From: Nitrospirota bacterium
Lineage (GTDB): Bacteria; Nitrospirota; UBA9217
DNA: 64,000 bases
Reading direction: 5' to 3'
NCBI GenBank assembly: GCA_035623825.1
Contig: DASPSR010000024.1
Location: 1 to 64,000 of the forward strand
A model generated the notes under the pieces. It was not told where the DNA came from and did not search any database. It was given only the letters and a program-made list of their open reading frames with translations. Every line of letters begins with the position of its first letter. The stretch's first letter is position 1. A program made the translations under genes and the position numbers. Positions 38,780 to 50,365 of the stretch are shown piece by piece.

Positions 38780-41700
38780 GTGAGGAAAGGCATCCGCATA
38801 TCGGCTTCGCTGCGGCGCATGGTCTCCGGCATTCATGCCGGGGCGTGCGCCGCAGTGCGCCCTTTTTCAGGAACTTCGGCAGTCTCCCTGCGCACGCATT
38901 ATCCAATTTGCGCTTTCATTGCATCGTTTTTATTCATTTTCCTTTGTTCTTCGGACCTCCCTGCGGCCACGCCGGCCGGGACGGTCATCTCGAACACAGC
39001 CGCGGCAGCCTATACGAACGGTCCTTCATCAGGGGCCATCATCAAAAATTCGAACACCGTGACGGTCACGGCCGTGGCCTTCCGCACGCCCTCGACGATC
39101 GAATTGCTGCAGTACGCCCCCGGTGCCGCCGGCGCCCAGATGGTGACGCTCTCGCCGCCCGCATACAGCGCGAGCGGAACGGCAGCCGGGCCGTTCGTCA
39201 CCCTGCCCTCCACCGTTCCCTCGGTCGGCGGCGCCACCATCAATCTCGCGAACCCCGTCCCGCTCGTCGCTGCGAGCCAATACCACGCGGGAGAGCCGGT
39301 CTTCATCAGGGTCACGGACCCTGACCAGAACCTGGACCCGAACACGGCCGAGACCGTGCTCGTCACCGTGACGGACAATCTGACGGGCGACAGCGAGCTG
39401 CTTCGCCTCACCGAGACAGGGCCGAACACCGGCGTGTTCGCCGGTTACCTCCCGACCACATCCGCGCCAAGTGTTCCCCACAATGGCCAGTTGAGCGTCG
39501 TGAGCAATTCGCGCGTCTCGGCAACATATACCGATGTTACAGACAACACGGACGCCTCCGCCGCCGCTGCCCTTGTCGATCCGCTCGGCAAGGTCTTCAG
39601 CAGTTCCAGCGGCCAGCCCGTGAACGGCGTCTCCATAACGATCGTCGACGCGAACACCGGTCAGCCCGCGGCAGTCTTCGGGGATAACGGAGTTGCAACC
39701 TTCCCGTCCACTGTCGTGTCGGGCGGAACGATCATGGACAGCGGCGGAACTGCCTATTCTTTCCCTGCCGGGACATTCCGCTTCCCCGCCGTCCCGCCGG
39801 GAACCTACAGGTACGTGGTGACCACCCCAGCCGGCTACCGGTTCCCGTCCACGGTGCCGTTCGTGGGATTGCAGGGCCTTCCCGGAGGGCCGTTCGCCCT
39901 CACTCCCGCCTCCCAGGGGAGTGCGTTCACTTTGACCGCGGGCTTTACGGTCCATATCGACATCCCCGTGGACACCTCGGGCAACAGGCTCTTTCTGCTC
40001 AAATCGGCGGCGAATTCGACCGCCGCGATCGGAGATTTCCTCCAGTATCAGCTGAGCGTGCAGAACACCGATACGACCGCGATTGTCCCGGCCGTCGTCG
40101 TGAGCGACGCTTTGCCCCTCGGGTTCCGCTACCGAAAGGGTTCCACCAAGCTCAATGGTCTCGTCGCCCCGGACCCCTCGATATCAAGTGACGGCCGCAC
40201 GCTGACCTTCACCGCCGGCGACCTCGCGGCCGGATCAACGGCTGCGATCTCTTACGTGACGGAAATCGCGGCGGGAGCGCAGACGGGCACTGCTGTCAAC
40301 ACCGCCGTCGCAAGCGGCACGGGTGCGACCTCCAACACGGCAGCGGCACAGGTCCTGGTCACGGACGACCTCTTCAGCGGAAAGGCCTTCATTGCGGGCC
40401 GGCTGCGGGTGGACGGCTGCGGAAAACCCGATGCCGCCGAGGAAAATGGACTGGAGGGTGTACGACTGTTCCTTGAGGACGGCACCTATGTGGTGACCGA
40501 CAAGAACGGCATGTATCACTTCGAGGGCGTGACTCCCGGCACCCACGTGGTGCAGGTCGACCTTGAAACGATCCCCGAGAAGTATGAGATCCTATCCTGC
40601 GAGGAGAACGACCGGTTCGCGGAGACCGCTTATTCACAGTTCGTGGACATCCAGGGCGGGACCCTCTGGCGGGCGGACTTCCACCTGGGCCTCAAGCCTC
40701 CACGGACCGGAGAGGCAGGGATCGATCTCCAAAGCGCGCTGACGAACGGTCCCGCGGCTGGCGCGAACGTGATCGAATACAGCATTCCACTCCATGTGGG
40801 GCCCGTGCCGCTCAGAAACCTGCGGCTCACCGTGATGCTGCCTGATGGAGCTTCCTACCAGCCCGGGAGCACTGGTTTGAACGCGGTCCCGCAGCCCGAC
40901 CCCGGCATCACGGAGAACGCGCTCACCTTCCGCGTCGGTGACATGCCCGCGGACTGGGACGGTACGTTGCGCTTCCGCGCTTCCATTCCCGTCGCGGGCA
41001 ACGCCACTGACCTGGCGACGAAAGCGCTCCTGACCTTCGACACGCCGCAAAAGAAAGACGAAAGGACCCCCGTCGTCGACAACCTGCTGGTGCGGCGGGT
41101 CATGACGGAGCGCCGGACCACGCCGGACATCGTCCTCCATCCGCGGTTCGCAGTGCTGAACTCCGCATTAAACAAGAAGGACCAGGAGGCCATTGACCGC
41201 CTGATAGAAAGCCTTAAACAGGTGAAGGTGCGTCATATCACTGTGACGGGCCATACGGACTCGAAAAAGATAGCTGGCCACGGCCTGAGGCAGTTCAAGG
41301 ACAACTATGAGCTGTCGCGGGCACGGGCCGAAACCGTCGGCCGCTATATCGCCGCTGGTTTGAACCTTTCCCCAGAGCAGGTAACGTTTATCGGCAAGGG
41401 GCCCGATGAGCCAGTGGCAACGAACGAGACAGCAGCAGGCCGTGCGTTGAACCGCCGCGTGGAGATCCAGGTCGAGACCGAAAGTGCCATTACCTCAGCC
41501 GAGCTGAAAAATGAAAAAGACCGGAGCGGAATGAAGACGGTCCCCACAACGGGCCTGCGGCCGGGCGAAAAGTGGGCAGAGGAGCCGAAGCACGGCGAGC
41601 AGGAGAAAAAGGAGATGCCCGAGTATACAAAGGCCTGGCTCGAGAGCGCCGAGCCCGGCCTAGCCTGGGTCTGGCCGGGTGACGGCTACCACCCGTCCCT

Positions 41701-44700
41701 CCCCGCATCCAGCATCGCGGTCAAACACGACCCCGAGCTGAAATTGAAGCTCTTCCTCAACGGTGCGGAGGTGGATTCGTTCTTCCTCGATACCACGCTC
41801 AAACGGCAGGACGACAAAGTGGCCCTCGCCATATGGAGAAACGTTCACCTGGAGGAGGGAGACAACATTCTCGAGGCGTCCCAGTATGACGAGAACGGCG
41901 CGCCGACCGCGCAGGTGAAACGGGTCATCCACTATTCACGGCCTCCGGTGAAGGCGGAGCTTGCGCCCGCGGCGTCGAAACTTGTCGCCGACGGCAAGAC
42001 CCCTCCGATCATCGCCGTCCTGCTCACGGACAAGGACGGACATCCGGCGCGGGAGGGAGTGATCGGCGAGTATGCCGTCGATCCGCCCCATATCCCGCTC
42101 GCGAGGTCCGAGGACCTTCAGAAGAACCCCTTGACTGCCTCGACGAGCGACAAGCTGAAGTTTCAGGTCGGAGAAAACGGTATCGCGCTGATTCAACTGC
42201 AGCCGACGACGCAGACCGGCCAGGCCGTGATCAGATTCAAGCTGATGAATGGTGTCCAGGAGGTACGGGCGTGGCTCGAGCCAGAAAAGCGCGACTGGAT
42301 TTTGGTGGGGCTTGCCGAGGGCACCGTAGGCTACAACGTGGTAAAGGGCAATATGGAGAGCCTGGCGGCCTCGGGCGTGGACGACCAGTATTATAAGGAC
42401 GGCAGGGTCGCATTCTACGCGAAAGGCGCGATCAAAGGCGAATGGCTCCTGACCATCGCCTATGACAGCAACAAAAGTCCCAACGGCTACCCGGGCAGCC
42501 TCTATCAGACGATCGATCCGAATACGTACTATACGCTCTACGGAGATGCCACGAATCAGCACTATGACGCGGCCAGTTCGCGCGCACTGTACCTCAAGCT
42601 CGAACGGAAACAGTTCTACGCCCTCTTCGGCGACTATGATACGGGCCTAACGATGACCGAACTGTCGCGGTACACCCGTCAGTTCACCGGTCTGAAATCG
42701 GAAATGAAATCGAACAGCTTCGATTACACGATCTACGTAAGCCAGAACGACCAGACGTTCATAAAGGATGAGATCCAGGGCAATGGCACATCCGGCCTCT
42801 ACCAGTTGTCACAGAAGAACATCATGATCAATTCGGAAACGGTTGTGATCGAGACGAGAGATCGCTTCAGGAGCGAATTGATCGTCTCCTCGCAGCCGCT
42901 GACTCGCTCCCTGGATTACACGATCGATTACAATGCGGGGACCATCTGGTTCAAAGCGCCTGTGTTCAGCAGGGATGCAAACTTCAACCCCAATTTCATC
43001 GTCGTGCGGTACGAAGTGCTCGGTTCCGACGGAAACTCCTACAATTACGGAGGCCGGGGCGCGGTGCGGGTGTATGACAACAAGGTCGAGGTCGGCGCCA
43101 CGTACATCCACGAGGAGCAAAACGGCGGGACCGGGAACCTCGCAGGCGCCGATGCCACGGTCAAGCTCGATGACCATACGAAGCTAAAGGCCGAGGTGGC
43201 AACCACGAAGAACGACGAGAGCGGCTCGCCGACCGAGGGCACGGCCTACCTCGCGGAGCTGTCGAGCCGTACGGACAAGTTCGAGGGAAAGGCCTATGTG
43301 CGGGACCAGCCGCCGGGATTCGGCCTCGGTCAGCAGAACGTCAGCGAAACAGGCACCCGCAAGACGGGATTCGACCTCGCCTACCGTTTGGGCCAGTCGT
43401 TCAGTCTGCAGAGCGAGGTTTACCACGAGATAAACCTCGCGACCGAGGCCGTCAGAGACGTAGCCGAACTGGAGTCGAGGTATTCCGAAAAGCGCTATGA
43501 GGTCTTCGGCGGCGTGCGCTACGCTGAAGACACGTTCGTCAACAGCCCGACGCAGTTGTCGGACCAGATTTTCGTCGGCAGCCGGTACCAGATGACGGAC
43601 CGTCTTTCCTTCACCGTCCGCCGCGACCAGTCTATCGGGGGTGAAAACGGGAATGCCGATTTTCCAACACGCACGATCCTGGGGGCCGATTACAAGCTAA
43701 ACAGCTCCGCTACGCTCTTTGCGAACCAGGAGCTGACGCACGGGGCAAGTCAAGATACGGCCACCTCGCGCGTCGGTCTGCGCTCCTCGCCGTGGGCCGG
43801 CGGACAGATCAACTCCACGATAGAGGATCAGTCCTCGGAAAACGGCGAGCGGCTCTTCTCCACCCTGGGCCTTAAGCAGACTTGGCAGGTGAACAAGCAA
43901 TGGTCCGTGGACGTCGGGCTCGACCGCTCGGCGACGATCTCAGGTGCGACGGGAACGACTCCGCCGCCCCCCCAGTTCAACAGCAACGTGCCTCCGGCAT
44001 CGGGAGGACCGAACTTCACCGCCGTTTCTCTCGGCGCGGGATACCGGGCTGAAAAGTGGTCATGGACGGGCCGCGTGGAAGAACGTTTCGCTTCAGGCGA
44101 CAAGAATTTGGTGGTCCTCTCCGGCGTGAACGGAGAGGTGCGGGAAGGGCTAGGGCTCGCCGCGGGGGTCCGGGTGTTCCAGATGCCGAACACGAACGGC
44201 GCCAGGACCTCTAACGACGATCTGCGGTTGAGCCTTGCGTACCGTCCGAAGAATAGCGACTGGATCGTGCTCGACCGCCTGGACTTTATCATCGATGAGC
44301 GCAGGGACAGCTCGTTCGACTACAACACCTGGCGCACCGTCAACAACCTGAACGTGAACTACAAGCCGGCTCATGACATGCAAATCGCCCTCCAGTATGC
44401 GTGTAAGTACGTCCAGGAGACCATCGACCAGCTGGACTACCGGGGTTATACGGACCTCATCGGACTGGAAGGCAGGTATGACGTGACCAAAACGTGGGAC
44501 ATCGGACTTCGAGTCAAAGTGCTTCATAGCTGGAGCGCGGACCAGTATAAATACGGCACAGGTCCTTTCGTTGGATTTAATTTCGCCAAGAACCTCCTCC
44601 TCCAGGTGGGTTACAATATCACAGGATTCTCGGACAGGGATTTTTCGAAGGCCGATTTCACCGCCTGCGGTCCTTTCCTCAAGCTGAGCCTCAAGTTCGA

Positions 44701-44746
44701 CCAGATGAGCATTCGCGAAGCGGTGAAATTGTTCTCCGGCCAGTGA
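38780..44746 (+). CDS. 1988-aa outer-membrane protein: DUF11/Ig domains + OmpA domain + C-terminal beta-barrel
   Basis: Mature ATPAGTVISNTAAA; complete internal DUF11; OmpA motifs GHTDS, NYELSRARA and NRRVEI; about 800 C-terminal residues of alternating amphipathic beta-strands; GTG start uncertain. Confidence 0.85.
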   Translation: MRKGIRISASLRRMVSGIHAGACAAVRPFSGTSAVSLRTHYPICAFIASFLFIFLCSSDLPAATPAGTVISNTAAAAYTNGPSSGAIIKNSNTVTVTAVAFRTPSTIELLQYAPGAAGAQMVTLSPPAYSASGTAAGPFVTLPSTVPSVGGATINLANPVPLVAASQYHAGEPVFIRVTDPDQNLDPNTAETVLVTVTDNLTGDSELLRLTETGPNTGVFAGYLPTTSAPSVPHNGQLSVVSNSRVSATYTDVTDNTDASAAAALVDPLGKVFSSSSGQPVNGVSITIVDANTGQPAAVFGDNGVATFPSTVVSGGTIMDSGGTAYSFPAGTFRFPAVPPGTYRYVVTTPAGYRFPSTVPFVGLQGLPGGPFALTPASQGSAFTLTAGFTVHIDIPVDTSGNRLFLLKSAANSTAAIGDFLQYQLSVQNTDTTAIVPAVVVSDALPLGFRYRKGSTKLNGLVAPDPSISSDGRTLTFTAGDLAAGSTAAISYVTEIAAGAQTGTAVNTAVASGTGATSNTAAAQVLVTDDLFSGKAFIAGRLRVDGCGKPDAAEENGLEGVRLFLEDGTYVVTDKNGMYHFEGVTPGTHVVQVDLETIPEKYEILSCEENDRFAETAYSQFVDIQGGTLWRADFHLGLKPPRTGEAGIDLQSALTNGPAAGANVIEYSIPLHVGPVPLRNLRLTVMLPDGASYQPGSTGLNAVPQPDPGITENALTFRVGDMPADWDGTLRFRASIPVAGNATDLATKALLTFDTPQKKDERTPVVDNLLVRRVMTERRTTPDIVLHPRFAVLNSALNKKDQEAIDRLIESLKQVKVRHITVTGHTDSKKIAGHGLRQFKDNYELSRARAETVGRYIAAGLNLSPEQVTFIGKGPDEPVATNETAAGRALNRRVEIQVETESAITSAELKNEKDRSGMKTVPTTGLRPGEKWAEEPKHGEQEKKEMPEYTKAWLESAEPGLAWVWPGDGYHPSLPASSIAVKHDPELKLKLFLNGAEVDSFFLDTTLKRQDDKVALAIWRNVHLEEGDNILEASQYDENGAPTAQVKRVIHYSRPPVKAELAPAASKLVADGKTPPIIAVLLTDKDGHPAREGVIGEYAVDPPHIPLARSEDLQKNPLTASTSDKLKFQVGENGIALIQLQPTTQTGQAVIRFKLMNGVQEVRAWLEPEKRDWILVGLAEGTVGYNVVKGNMESLAASGVDDQYYKDGRVAFYAKGAIKGEWLLTIAYDSNKSPNGYPGSLYQTIDPNTYYTLYGDATNQHYDAASSRALYLKLERKQFYALFGDYDTGLTMTELSRYTRQFTGLKSEMKSNSFDYTIYVSQNDQTFIKDEIQGNGTSGLYQLSQKNIMINSETVVIETRDRFRSELIVSSQPLTRSLDYTIDYNAGTIWFKAPVFSRDANFNPNFIVVRYEVLGSDGNSYNYGGRGAVRVYDNKVEVGATYIHEEQNGGTGNLAGADATVKLDDHTKLKAEVATTKNDESGSPTEGTAYLAELSSRTDKFEGKAYVRDQPPGFGLGQQNVSETGTRKTGFDLAYRLGQSFSLQSEVYHEINLATEAVRDVAELESRYSEKRYEVFGGVRYAEDTFVNSPTQLSDQIFVGSRYQMTDRLSFTVRRDQSIGGENGNADFPTRTILGADYKLNSSATLFANQELTHGASQDTATSRVGLRSSPWAGGQINSTIEDQSSENGERLFSTLGLKQTWQVNKQWSVDVGLDRSATISGATGTTPPPPQFNSNVPPASGGPNFTAVSLGAGYRAEKWSWTGRVEERFASGDKNLVVLSGVNGEVREGLGLAAGVRVFQMPNTNGARTSNDDLRLSLAYRPKNSDWIVLDRLDFIIDERRDSSFDYNTWRTVNNLNVNYKPAHDMQIALQYACKYVQETIDQLDYRGYTDLIGLEGRYDVTKTWDIGLRVKVLHSWSADQYKYGTGPFVGFNFAKNLLLQVGYNITGFSDRDFSKADFTACGPFLKLSLKFDQMSIREAVKLFSGQ

Positions 44747-45046
44747 GCACAAGGTTCAGAGGCATGGACGATGGATTTATTCAACCATCTTTTTTTCTAT
44801 TCTTGATATATTCTGAAACTAGATTAATAGATTCGAGTCCAAGGAAATCGAACTCTTCAAAATGCGGGGCAGTCGCTGCAAGCAGGCTATAGACAATTAT
44901 ATAGGAGCAGGTCTAAATCTCTTCGGGTTTCATATCTGAAGGCCTGTCGCACTCAGAAAATACGACAGACAGGCTGTGACAATATTGCCTTTAGCCTGCC
45001 TGATCGGAAACACGCTATTTTATCATCACAGCAGCCGGGTCGGTTT

Positions 45047-45400
45047 TTATTTCCCTTGCAGCTCTGCCGCCCTCATCTTATGCCATTTTTCGGTTTCAAG
45101 GTAATCGGATTTTAATTTCTCAGTATCATGAATTATGGCATCGCAATGCTTTTCCATTTCCTTTAGCCGACTGACAGGCGTTACCTTTTCATTAATAAAG
45201 TACTGTTGTTTGTACTCGCTTTTCATCTGCTGATGCTCTGCGATAATCGCGTCCTGCTCAACTGCCTTGCCTGCGTAATATTTCTCCATCTTGAGATGGT
45301 CGGCGGCCACCTGTGACGGCTCGGTAGCGTACACGTTTTGGGAAAACGCAAAACCAATAAGAAGCGCTAAACTTAAAATTGTAATCCTATGCTTTTTCAT
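45047..45400 (-). CDS. Secreted helical His/Met-containing hypothetical protein
   Basis: ATG 45400 after GGGGG; signal peptide; periodic His/Met (DHLKM, EHQQM, MEKHC, WHKM) suggests metal binding. Confidence 0.65.
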   Translation of the reverse strand: MKKHRITILSLALLIGFAFSQNVYATEPSQVAADHLKMEKYYAGKAVEQDAIIAEHQQMKSEYKQQYFINEKVTPVSRLKEMEKHCDAIIHDTEKLKSDYLETEKWHKMRAAELQGK

Positions 45401-45498
45401 TTTATCCCCCGTTTTAATAATTTTAAATAGGTCAACTAGGTTGAACCTCATTTTTCCCTTGCATCCATTGTTTCACCTCCAATCCCCGAACGTAACTA

Positions 45499-45897
45499 CT
45501 ACCGTGCATCAACATTAAACGTGGCCGATGCCGGTGCTTTCCCGGGTTGAGTGATAGTGGCATCTATTTTCCATCCGCCTTCCATGGCAACGTTAACCGT
45601 AAAGGGATACTCGTTCCCCTTGAGCTGGGGCTGAACGCTGCTTTCCATAGGTGCCATCCCGGGCATCGGCGGCATATAGAAACGGATATCGACTTTGGCA
45701 TCCGTCACCGCTTTTCCCGAAGATTCCACTACTTTCACCGATAAATTATTGTCTCCCTTTATCAGCGGGTAACGGTCGGCTCTGAGAGTAATGTTCAGGC
45801 CGGCAGCATTCTTCTGCGATTCGTATCCCTTGGAACATCCTCCTAAAACAGCGACTGATAGCACGAGCACCAAAACCACCAAAACCTGCCTCTTCAT
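45499..45897 (-). CDS. FixH/YtkA-like lipoprotein
   Basis: Lipobox LGGC; G.N.L.V...G..VTDAKV...YMPPMPGMAPM...MEGGW. Confidence 0.8.
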   Translation of the reverse strand: MKRQVLVVLVLVLSVAVLGGCSKGYESQKNAAGLNITLRADRYPLIKGDNNLSVKVVESSGKAVTDAKVDIRFYMPPMPGMAPMESSVQPQLKGNEYPFTVNVAMEGGWKIDATITQPGKAPASATFNVDAR

Positions 45898-46136
45898 GAT
45901 TGAAATTCCTCCTAAGAATTATTTATTTATATTTTTTTATAGATTGCATCTTTTATACCATTTTGTTGCATTAATTATTCCGGCTAGTTACGTGCTGTTG
46001 ACTGACCATACTGAAGCGTCTGATTGATAAGCTGAAGGAAATGCTACAGTGCGGAGGATTTTTGAACCGACGGACTTCAGAAAAAAATGTAAATCGACAA
46101 ATCAGGTCCTACTGGTTTTGCGCTGAAACGTCGTTT

Positions 46137-47069
46137 TTATTTAGGCTTGTTATTGGGCTCCCTGCTCAGATAACGGTCGCCGCTATCGGGGAACATTACA
46201 ACAATGGTCCCCTGTTCAAGCGTTTTTGCCACCTTCATTGCAGCTGTCAAGGCTGCGCCCGATGATGTGCCTACGAACAGCCCTTCCTCCCTCGCCAGCC
46301 GCTTCGTCATCTCGAATGCCTCCTCGGTCCCGACGGTAAGCCGCTCGTCTGGAAAGTTCATGTCAAAAATGCCGGGAATGATGGCCTCTTCCCCGAGATA
46401 TTTAGTTCCCTCGATGCCGTGCAGTGCGTCGTCGGGGTGGACCGAGAGCACCTGAATGTCCTTGCGGTACGCTTTAAGCGCTCGGCCGGTGCCCATAACA
46501 GTGCCGCCGGTGCCGACGCAGGCGATGAAATGGGTGACCGTACCGCCTGTCGCCGAGATGACTTCGGGGCCGGTGGTCAGCTCGTGGGCCTTTGGATTTG
46601 ATGGATTGTTGTACTGATCAGGCTGGAAGTACCGCTCCGGCTCTTTCTGGACGATTTCCTGTGCCAGGCGGATGGCGCCATCAGCGCCCTCAAAAGGGCT
46701 GGAGAAGACAAGCTCCGCGCCGAAGCCTGCAATGATTTTTTTTCGCTCGATACTCGCGTTCTCCGGGATCACGATCGTGACGCGGTAACCTTTCACCGCG
46801 CCGATCAGTGCATAGGCGATCCCCGTGTTCCCTGACGAGGAATCGAGGATGATCCTGTCCCTGGTGAGCGTACCCGCCTGCTCGGCGTCGCTGATCATGC
46901 GAAATGCGGCTCGGTCCTTCACGGACCCGCCGGGATTGCAGCGTTCGAGTTTGGCAAAAAGCCGGACCTTGGGCTTCAGCACAGCGGTGATCTTGGTAAT
47001 CCGGACGAGCGGTGTGCCGCCGATCAGGCCGAGGGGCGAGTCTGCAATTCTATCGAGCGTCAAATTCAT
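46137..47069 (-). CDS. cysM: Cysteine synthase B-type PLP enzyme
   Basis: GGTPLV, AKLERCNPGGSVKDR, SSGNTGIA, QYNNPSN, GTGGT, FPDSGDRYLS. Confidence 0.85.
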   Translation of the reverse strand: MNLTLDRIADSPLGLIGGTPLVRITKITAVLKPKVRLFAKLERCNPGGSVKDRAAFRMISDAEQAGTLTRDRIILDSSSGNTGIAYALIGAVKGYRVTIVIPENASIERKKIIAGFGAELVFSSPFEGADGAIRLAQEIVQKEPERYFQPDQYNNPSNPKAHELTTGPEVISATGGTVTHFIACVGTGGTVMGTGRALKAYRKDIQVLSVHPDDALHGIEGTKYLGEEAIIPGIFDMNFPDERLTVGTEEAFEMTKRLAREEGLFVGTSSGAALTAAMKVAKTLEQGTIVVMFPDSGDRYLSREPNNKPK

Positions 47070-47114
47070 AGGGAATGCAATTCATTATAGCATGACCGGC
47101 TCAAAGATGCATAC

Positions 47115-47771
47115 TCATTGCTGCGGATTGCCGGGAACCGGCAGACGGTTCCGGGCCAGTAGCTGATCCCGCGGGGCGACCGTCCTGGCCAGCAGAAAGA
47201 TGCCAGTCTCCGCCCGGAGGTTCGGCAGCGCGTACACCGTGCGCGCCTTGGACAGGCACACCCGGCGGAGTACAGCCACGGAGCGCTCGCGGCAGAAGGA
47301 CTCGAAGTCCGCGATGCTCAGAAAGTGGAGGTTTGGCGTATGGTACCAGGCATAGGGCAGGGCCTGCGTGACCGGCGTCCTGCCTCGCAGGCAGATCTGG
47401 AGCCGCGAAGGCCAATAGGCGAAGTTCGGGAATGCCACGATCACTTCCCGGCCCACGCGCATCGCCTCGGACAGCGCGTGGTCGGGCTGCCGCACCTGCT
47501 GGAGGCTCTGGTCGAAGATCACATAGTCGAAGGACCGATCGCCGTACTCGGACAGGCCGGTGTCGATGTCGCCGTGGACCACGCTCAGGCCTTTCGCCAC
47601 GCACTGGTAAATGGCCTGCTCATCACGCTCGAGACCTTGGGCGCGAACGCCCTTTTCCCTGACCAGGAGGTCCAGGAGCGTGCCGTCGCCGCAGCCGAGG
47701 TCCAGCACCGACGCGCCGGGGCGCACGAGGCCGGCAATCGTCCGGTGCTCCAGTTTCGCCTCAACTGCCAT
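47115..47771 (-). CDS. metW: Methionine biosynthesis protein MetW
   Basis: VLDLGCGDG, FDYVI, VAFPNFAYW, LPYAWYHTPNLHFLSI; directly after metX. Confidence 0.95.
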   Translation of the reverse strand: MAVEAKLEHRTIAGLVRPGASVLDLGCGDGTLLDLLVREKGVRAQGLERDEQAIYQCVAKGLSVVHGDIDTGLSEYGDRSFDYVIFDQSLQQVRQPDHALSEAMRVGREVIVAFPNFAYWPSRLQICLRGRTPVTQALPYAWYHTPNLHFLSIADFESFCRERSVAVLRRVCLSKARTVYALPNLRAETGIFLLARTVAPRDQLLARNRLPVPGNPQQ

Positions 47772-48930
47772 GGATGTTGTCCGTCCGCCCCCGCGTTACG
47801 TTCTCCAGAAAGTGCGTGATGAGATGGGTCTCCTCGTCCGTTTCGAGCAGGAACGCGTCATGGCCGTACGTGGAGTCGATCTCACAGTACGTCGCGTCCA
47901 ATCCGGCAAGCTTGCAGGCCTTCACGATCTCACGCGACTGGTGGGCCGGGTAGAGCCAGTCCGATCGGAAGGCGATGACCAGCGCCCTCGCCTGGGAGCC
48001 GGCAAGAGCCTTGTGCATCATTCCTCCGCGGGCTGCATCGTAGCGGTCCATAGCCTTGGTGATGTAGAGGTATGAATTGGCGTCGAAGCGCTCGACGAAG
48101 CTGGTGCCGCGGTGATGCAGGTAGCCTTCGACCTCGAAATCGGCGGTGAACTTGAACGGCCGTCGATTCTCCCGGAACCGCCTGCCGAACTTCCGTTCCA
48201 TGGAGAGGTCGCTCATGTAAGTGATATGACCGACCATCCGAGCCACGGCAAGGCCGCGGGCGGGAAGCGGCCCGCCGTAGTAGCTTCCATCCTTCCAGTT
48301 CGGGTCCGCCATGATCGCCTGCCTGCCGACCTCGTGGAAGGCGATCTGCTGCGGCGAGTGGCACAACGCGGTGGCGATGGGGATGGCGCTCCGGACCCGT
48401 CCAGGACGGGAGACCAGCCACTCGAGCACCTGCATGCCGCCCATCGAACCGCCGGCCACGGCGAGGAGCCGGTCGATACCCAGGTGGTCCAGCAGCCGTG
48501 ATTGAGCGGTCACCATGTCGCCGATCGTCACGACCGAAAAGTCGAGGCCGTAAGGCTTTCCGGTGGCTGGGTCTATCGAGGCTGGCCCGGACGATCCCCT
48601 GCACCCGCCGATCACGTTGGAGCAGATGATGAAGTATCTCTCCGTGTCAAAGGCCCTACCAGGACCGATCATGCTGTCCCACCAGCCAATCCTGCCCGTG
48701 GCCCGGTCCGAGCCCGCGGCGTGTGCGTCGCCGGAAAGTGCGTGACAAAGCAGGATTGCGTTGTCCCGCCGTGCACTGAGACTTCCGTAGGTCTCGTAGG
48801 CTACGGTGACCGGGGACAGGACCTCCCCACTCTCCAGCACCAGAGAGCCAAAAGTGAAGGATTGTGTTTCTGTTTCGCCGACGGAGCCCAAGCCCGCGTC
48901 GGATCTTCTGTGTGTTAAATGCAGACTCAT
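47761..48930 (-). CDS. metX: Homoserine O-acetyltransferase
   Basis: AYETYG, CHALSGDAH, GWWD, GGSMGGMQ, RFDANSY, YGHDAFL. Confidence 0.95.
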   Translation of the reverse strand: MSLHLTHRRSDAGLGSVGETETQSFTFGSLVLESGEVLSPVTVAYETYGSLSARRDNAILLCHALSGDAHAAGSDRATGRIGWWDSMIGPGRAFDTERYFIICSNVIGGCRGSSGPASIDPATGKPYGLDFSVVTIGDMVTAQSRLLDHLGIDRLLAVAGGSMGGMQVLEWLVSRPGRVRSAIPIATALCHSPQQIAFHEVGRQAIMADPNWKDGSYYGGPLPARGLAVARMVGHITYMSDLSMERKFGRRFRENRRPFKFTADFEVEGYLHHRGTSFVERFDANSYLYITKAMDRYDAARGGMMHKALAGSQARALVIAFRSDWLYPAHQSREIVKACKLAGLDATYCEIDSTYGHDAFLLETDEETHLITHFLENVTRGRTDNIHGS

Positions 48931-48984
48931 GGCTATCTCTTTTCCGGCAATCCGGTTTCCTCCGTGATATGCGCTGAAGGCGCC

Positions 48985-50322
<1,338 letters not shown>

Positions 50323-50365
50323 TTATGGCGCCCCTGCTCGCGTGTTGTTCCTGCCGCGTCGGCCG

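Noticed and set aside
44960-45046. Riboswitch-like sequence (CAGCCGGG) after the DUF11 operon
   Set aside because: It lies between convergent genes and shows only an imperfect hairpin, with no aptamer core.
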